From Acidimicrobiia bacterium (GTDB taxonomy: Bacteria; Actinomycetota; Acidimicrobiia; Spongiisociales; ZC4RG35): 64,000 nt of DNA. Positions 59,662 through 64,000 of the stretch are shown here, in pieces (within the stretch, counting starts at the first letter, position 1; each line of letters begins with the position of its first letter). The position numbers and the translations under genes were made by a program. The notes below the pieces were generated by a model. The model was not told where the DNA came from and ran no database searches. It saw nothing but the letters and a program-made list of their open reading frames with translations. The DNA is taken from NCBI GenBank assembly GCA_050742015.1, contig JBOGEV010000118.1, positions 3,962 to 67,961 on the forward strand, read 5' to 3'.

Positions 59662-60836
59662 AACGAATCGTCTGGGCGGTGATCCTGGTGCTGGCCATGG
59701 TGCTCCTGGTCGCCGAGCTGACCATGGATGTCACGCCCGGCGAGCGAACCGAGCTCTACGTCATCTTCGGTCTGATGGCAGTTGCCACCTTCGTAGCCGC
59801 GATCGTCTCGTTGCGGTTGGCGAGCCGGTTTCACTCGCTGCGTACCAGTCTGATCGTTGTCGCCTTCGCCGCGGTGGCCGTGACCGGCGCCGCGGTAGCT
59901 GTGGCCGCCCTGACGATGTTCATCGACGAACACGACCTGACTCTCGTGCTGGTCGCGATCGGTCTCGGCGTGGGCCTGGGAGGCACCATCGCCGGCGCCG
60001 TTGCCCGACCCCTCACCAGTGATCTCGCTGCCATCTCTCGCACCGCAGAGCGGGTCGGCGCCGGTGACCTGAGCGTCAGGACCGGTATCGAGCGGACGGA
60101 CGAGTTGGGGCGGGCCGCCGAGGCCCTCGACCAGATGATCGAGAGGTTGGAGACATCAGAGAACGAGCGGCGAAACCTGCTCTCGGCGATCGGGCACGAC
60201 CTGCGTACTCCCATGGGGTCGATGCAGGCAGCCGTCGAGGCACTGCAGGATGGTGTCGCGCCGGACCCGCCGGCCTACTTGCGCGGCCTATCCCTCGACC
60301 TCGATCATCTGCGGCACCTGGTCGATGACCTCTTCTTGCTGGCGCGGATCGATGCTGGACGGTTGGAGCTCTCGCCGGTGGGAGTCGACCTGGCGGAGCT
60401 GGCCGATGAGGCCGTGGAAGCCGTGACCCCGGCTGCAGCCCAGCGGAACGTGGGCCTCAAGGTCGAGACGACGGGCCATGTCGGGGTGAATGGCGACCCC
60501 GCTGCCCTAGGTCGGGTTCTTCGGAACCTGCTGACGAATGCGATCCGTCACAGCCCGGAGTCTGGTGAGGTGACCGTCATAGTGAGCCGCAACGGGACCG
60601 ACGCGGTCACCAGCGTCATCGATCAGGGCCCTGGATTCCCCGACGAGCTCGGATCGAAGGTCTTCGAGCGATTCACGAGAGCCGACGATTCGCGAAATCG
60701 AGAGTCCGGCGGCGCCGGACTCGGTCTCGCCATCGCCATGAGCATCGTCGAAGCCCACGGCGGCGTCATCGCGATCGGGCGTGGGCCTGGTGGCCATGTC
60801 CGCTTCTCGGTGCCGCTGGGGCAGCCGCCTTCCTGA
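59658..60836 (+). CDS. Sensor histidine kinase (2 TM, HAMP, HisKA, HATPase_c)
   Basis: ATG 59658 (ATGA overlap). H-box SAIGHDLRTP, N-box LLTNAIRHS, G-boxes DQGPGF / GGAGLGLAI. Confidence 0.9.
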   Translation: MKRIVWAVILVLAMVLLVAELTMDVTPGERTELYVIFGLMAVATFVAAIVSLRLASRFHSLRTSLIVVAFAAVAVTGAAVAVAALTMFIDEHDLTLVLVAIGLGVGLGGTIAGAVARPLTSDLAAISRTAERVGAGDLSVRTGIERTDELGRAAEALDQMIERLETSENERRNLLSAIGHDLRTPMGSMQAAVEALQDGVAPDPPAYLRGLSLDLDHLRHLVDDLFLLARIDAGRLELSPVGVDLAELADEAVEAVTPAAAQRNVGLKVETTGHVGVNGDPAALGRVLRNLLTNAIRHSPESGEVTVIVSRNGTDAVTSVIDQGPGFPDELGSKVFERFTRADDSRNRESGGAGLGLAIAMSIVEAHGGVIAIGRGPGGHVRFSVPLGQPPS

Positions 60837-60846
60837 CGATCGCGGG

Positions 60847-62373
60847 TCAGTGGCCGACGGGAGCGATGGGCGCCTCGGGCTCCCCGGCACCGACATGCGC
60901 CGTATCGCGGAGAGGAAGCTCGGGGAGAAAGATCACCAGGATCAGCGCAACCAGGACAAAGGGGATGGCAACAGCGAACACGGTGGTGATCGACTCCGAG
61001 AACGCCGTGATCACCGTCTCTCTGACCGCAGGTGGGAGCTGGGCGATCAGCTCCGGGCTTCCGGTGAGTTCCCCCAGTTGCCCGTCGGAACCTGCGGGGA
61101 GCAGATCGGCGAGATGCAACGTCAGCTGGCTGGTGAGGACCGCCCCCAGAAACGCGGTTCCGAACGACCCGCCGAGCGACCTGAAGAAAGTCGCCGACGA
61201 GGTGGCCACCCCCAGGTCACGAGCGTCCACTGCGTTCTGCACCGCGATCACGAGCACCTGGAGCACCAGCCCCATGCCGGTACCGAAGATCGCCATGAAG
61301 ACCGATGCCTCGAGGATGGTGGTGTCGGGGCCCATGGTGGAGAGCAGCCAGAGCCCAACCGCCATCAGAGTGGTGCCCGTCAGCGGGTAGATCTTGTAGC
61401 GACCTGTGCGGGTGATCAGCCGCCCAGAGACGATCGACGAAGTGACCACACCACCCATCAGCGGCACGAGCAGCAGTCCGGAGTTGGTAGCGGACGCCCC
61501 CATCACGACCTGCAGGAACAGGGGAAGGAAAACGATCGCACCGAACATCCCGAGACCGACTATGAAGCTCGCCGAGGACGTGATGGCAAAGGTGCGATCC
61601 CGGAACAGACGGAGGGGCAGGATCGGCTCCTCCACCCTCCGTTCCTGGAAGAGGAACAGCACCAGCAGGACCACGGACAGCACCGAGAGCCCGATGATCA
61701 CTGGCGAGTCCCACTCGTACTGAGAACCACCCCACACGGTGACCAGGAGAAGCGAGGTGACACCACCCACCAGCAGGCCCGCCCCCAGATAGTCGACCGG
61801 GCGGTCGACCCGGCGGAAGGGAAGGTCGAGCACAGTCGCCGTCACGAAGAGTGCGGCCAAGCCGATGGGAAGGTTGATGTAGAAAACCCAACGCCAGCTG
61901 AAGTTGTCGACGAAGAACCCACCCAGGAGGGGCCCCGCGACCGAGGCGAGGGCGAACACCGACCCGATGTAGCCCTGATATCGCCCCCTCTCCCGTGGCG
62001 ACAGGACATCACCGACGATGGTCATTGCCATGACGATCAAACCACCGGCGCCGAGTCCCTGTATGGCCCGGAACCCGATGAGCTGGATCATCGACTGCGA
62101 CATCCCGGCGAGAACCGATCCAACCAGGAAGGTGACGATGGCGAACTGGAAGACGATCTTCCGCCCGTACATGTCGGAGACCTTCCCGTACAACGGAGCC
62201 GAAGCGGTCGACGTGAGCAGATAGGCCGTGACCACCCAGGACAGTTGTTCCAGCCCGCCGAACTCGCCGGCGATGGTGGGCAATGCGGTGGCGACGATCG
62301 TCTGGTCCAGGGCAGCCAGGAACAAGCCGAGCATGAGACCACTCAGCACGAGGAGGATCTGGCGATGAGTCAT
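60847..62373 (-). CDS. MFS drug/H+ antiporter, DHA2 (14 TM, EmrB/QacA-like)
   Basis: ATG 62373; 508 aa. LDQTIVATALPTIAGEF and GKVSDMYGRK motifs. Downstream of a MarR gene on the same strand. Confidence 0.9.
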   Translation of the reverse strand: MTHRQILLVLSGLMLGLFLAALDQTIVATALPTIAGEFGGLEQLSWVVTAYLLTSTASAPLYGKVSDMYGRKIVFQFAIVTFLVGSVLAGMSQSMIQLIGFRAIQGLGAGGLIVMAMTIVGDVLSPRERGRYQGYIGSVFALASVAGPLLGGFFVDNFSWRWVFYINLPIGLAALFVTATVLDLPFRRVDRPVDYLGAGLLVGGVTSLLLVTVWGGSQYEWDSPVIIGLSVLSVVLLVLFLFQERRVEEPILPLRLFRDRTFAITSSASFIVGLGMFGAIVFLPLFLQVVMGASATNSGLLLVPLMGGVVTSSIVSGRLITRTGRYKIYPLTGTTLMAVGLWLLSTMGPDTTILEASVFMAIFGTGMGLVLQVLVIAVQNAVDARDLGVATSSATFFRSLGGSFGTAFLGAVLTSQLTLHLADLLPAGSDGQLGELTGSPELIAQLPPAVRETVITAFSESITTVFAVAIPFVLVALILVIFLPELPLRDTAHVGAGEPEAPIAPVGH

Positions 62374-62426
62374 AGGGGATGCGGGAGGGCTGGGTTCCAA
62401 GTCGGTCTCCTGGGCGAGCGGTGCGG

Positions 62427-62930
62427 TCAGGTCAGATGCTGTTGGACGTGTTCGGTCAGATCGCCGGCGAAGCGCTCGGTGAGCTCGAACAGGGAGTCCC
62501 GATCGCCCGGGTCCCAACCGGCGAGGACACCTGCCAGGACCTTCCTCCGCTCGGCATCGAGCTGGGCCACGGCCTGCGCACCGTCCTTGGTCGCGGCCAC
62601 CAGTGTCGCCCGCCGGTCTCCCGGATCGGAGCGACGCTGCACCCAGCCCTTGAGCTCGATCGCCCTGAGGTGACGGCTGATGGTGGATGGGTCCAGTCCC
62701 AGGTTCACGGCCAGATCGGTGACCCGGATCGGGCCATCGGCGACCACTTGCCGCATGACCAAGAAGGCGGCCCGCTCACAATCGATCCCGGCTTCTGCCG
62801 CTACGTGGTCGTGAAGACGTTGCAGGGTGCCGTGGCGGAACAGTCTCGCCATCGCCTTCTGGAAACGCTCCAGGCCCTGTTCGGTCGTCGTCAGCACCGC
62901 GCCAGCATAATGCTTGTATTCACCAAGCAA
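62427..62930 (-). CDS. MarR family transcriptional regulator
   Basis: 167 aa. VTDLAVNLGLDPSTISRHLRAIELKGWVQRRSDPGDRR winged HTH. Confidence 0.85.
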   Translation of the reverse strand: MLGEYKHYAGAVLTTTEQGLERFQKAMARLFRHGTLQRLHDHVAAEAGIDCERAAFLVMRQVVADGPIRVTDLAVNLGLDPSTISRHLRAIELKGWVQRRSDPGDRRATLVAATKDGAQAVAQLDAERRKVLAGVLAGWDPGDRDSLFELTERFAGDLTEHVQQHLT

Positions 62931-62977
62931 CTAGGCGTCGGCCGTCAGAAAGCCTCCTCGCCGCGCCAGAACCGTTG

Positions 62978-63973
62978 TCAGTCGGCGCCGCGGGTCGAGG
63001 CGACGATGGCGGCCAGGATCACTCCCCAGATCAGGGTCATCCCGGTCGCCAACCGTGACACCCCGGCCACCACTCCGGCCACAACGCCGACCACGGTCGT
63101 GATCACCACCACCACCAGCACCCCGGCATGGTCCTTGGGCCTGGGAGCGGGCGGCAGCTGGACCACAAGGGTCTGCTCTCCCGATGTGGGCTGAGGCGCC
63201 GTGGTCGAACCGGGGTGGTCCCGACGGACGGTCCCCAACAGCCATGTCTCCAGGCGGCGCCCGTATCGGCTGCCCAGCCACATCAATAGGACGAACCCGG
63301 ACCCCGCAAGGAGCCAAACCCAGCCAGGCGCTCCCTCGAGACCGGCCATGGTGAACACCCCGGCGGCGACCGCAGGCACCCGACCCAGCGTGGCGATGAG
63401 CATGAACCGGCGGAATGAGATTCCTGACAACCCGGCCAGGGCGCAGACCGCGTCGTCCGGCAGCAGCGGCAAGAGGAACACCACCCAGAGCAACAGCCCA
63501 CCGCGCGCCGTGATCACGTTCTGGTACTTGTCTACCCGGTCCTCGCCCAGCAAACGCACAGTCAGGGGCCGGGCCCAACGCCGCGCGGCCAGGAACACGA
63601 CCGCGGAGCCGAGAGCCATGCCGGCCAGACTCAACCCCAGGGCGGCCCATGAGCCGAAGGCGAGCGCGCCAACAGGAGGGAACAGGGCTCCGGGGATCGG
63701 GACGACCATCACCTGCGCCGCTTGAGCCAGGAAGTAGACGACCGGCCCCCATGCGCCGAATCCCTCCACCCAAGCCCGGAAAGCCTCGGGTGTGCCCAAC
63801 GTCTCCGAGAACCCCGCCCACCACTCCCCGATCTCGTCCCCGAAGACGAGCGTCATCCAGACCCCGGACAGGGCCAATACGAACAGGACGATCCAGCCTG
63901 TCGGCCGTCGGCTCGACGGCTCAGGAGCGCGATCGATCGTTGTCACGACACTGGTGGGATTGACCGGATCCAC
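62978..63973 (-). CDS. TVP38/TMEM64 (DedA-related) family membrane protein with extra C-terminal TM segment
   Basis: 331 aa. VVPIPGALFPPVGALAFG and LLPLLPDDAVCALAGLSGISFRRF blocks. Confidence 0.7.
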   Translation of the reverse strand: MDPVNPTSVVTTIDRAPEPSSRRPTGWIVLFVLALSGVWMTLVFGDEIGEWWAGFSETLGTPEAFRAWVEGFGAWGPVVYFLAQAAQVMVVPIPGALFPPVGALAFGSWAALGLSLAGMALGSAVVFLAARRWARPLTVRLLGEDRVDKYQNVITARGGLLLWVVFLLPLLPDDAVCALAGLSGISFRRFMLIATLGRVPAVAAGVFTMAGLEGAPGWVWLLAGSGFVLLMWLGSRYGRRLETWLLGTVRRDHPGSTTAPQPTSGEQTLVVQLPPAPRPKDHAGVLVVVVITTVVGVVAGVVAGVSRLATGMTLIWGVILAAIVASTRGAD

Positions 63974-64000
63974 ACCTCGATACTCGCCTTCGGCCTGCCG

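Noticed and set aside
1-64000. Search for tRNA, rRNA, CRISPR arrays, transposases, integrases, prophage or toxin-antitoxin modules
   Set aside because: None found. There are no T-loop/acceptor-like motifs in intergenic DNA, no spaced direct repeats, and no DDE/tyrosine-recombinase-like ORFs. GC content looks uniform apart from short promoter patches, so I see no evidence of a mobile island.

Overview
High-GC actinobacterial-type chromosomal segment. The split cytochrome b and the F420/LLM gene content suggest an Acidimicrobiia-like lineage, but that is inference. I call about 65 protein genes, tightly packed, with many 4-nt ATGA/GTGA start-stop overlaps. I found no rRNA, tRNA, CRISPR array, transposase or integrase. 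Most long alternate-frame ORFs in the track are GC artefacts. All coordinates, motif matches and alignments were made by eye, and none has been checked against a database.

Most notable regions:
1. 1.2-10.8 kb: a divergent respiratory supercluster. One arm is a seven-gene Rieske/cytochrome b operon with split b6/subunit IV, an embedded 2x[4Fe-4S] ferredoxin and a dihaem cytochrome c carrying a ~335-aa acidic insert. The other arm encodes a CcoN-like 12-TM protein that appears to lack all haem/Cu histidine ligands, followed by a CcoO-like cytochrome and a third cytochrome c. Three of these subunits share an unrecognised N-terminal module.
2. 28.3-30.0 kb: a ykkC/guanidine-I-like riboswitch in front of an EamA + YczE-like transporter pair.
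3. 30.1-33.2 kb: a 1052-aa DUF4062-cyclase-NB-ARC-TPR STAND protein.
4. 33.2-36.2 kb: a coupled FGase / DUF1704 / GshB-like ATP-grasp operon.
5. Smaller items: a MoaD-like domain with an internal GG fused to a polytopic membrane domain; an RsiG-like two-motif protein; a Clp1-like P-loop kinase; divergent ECF41-type promoters (TGTCACA-N16-CGTC); tandem NrdR boxes upstream of nrdJ; two gene remnants; and a C-rich ~50-nt repeat present once intergenically and once inside a CDS.
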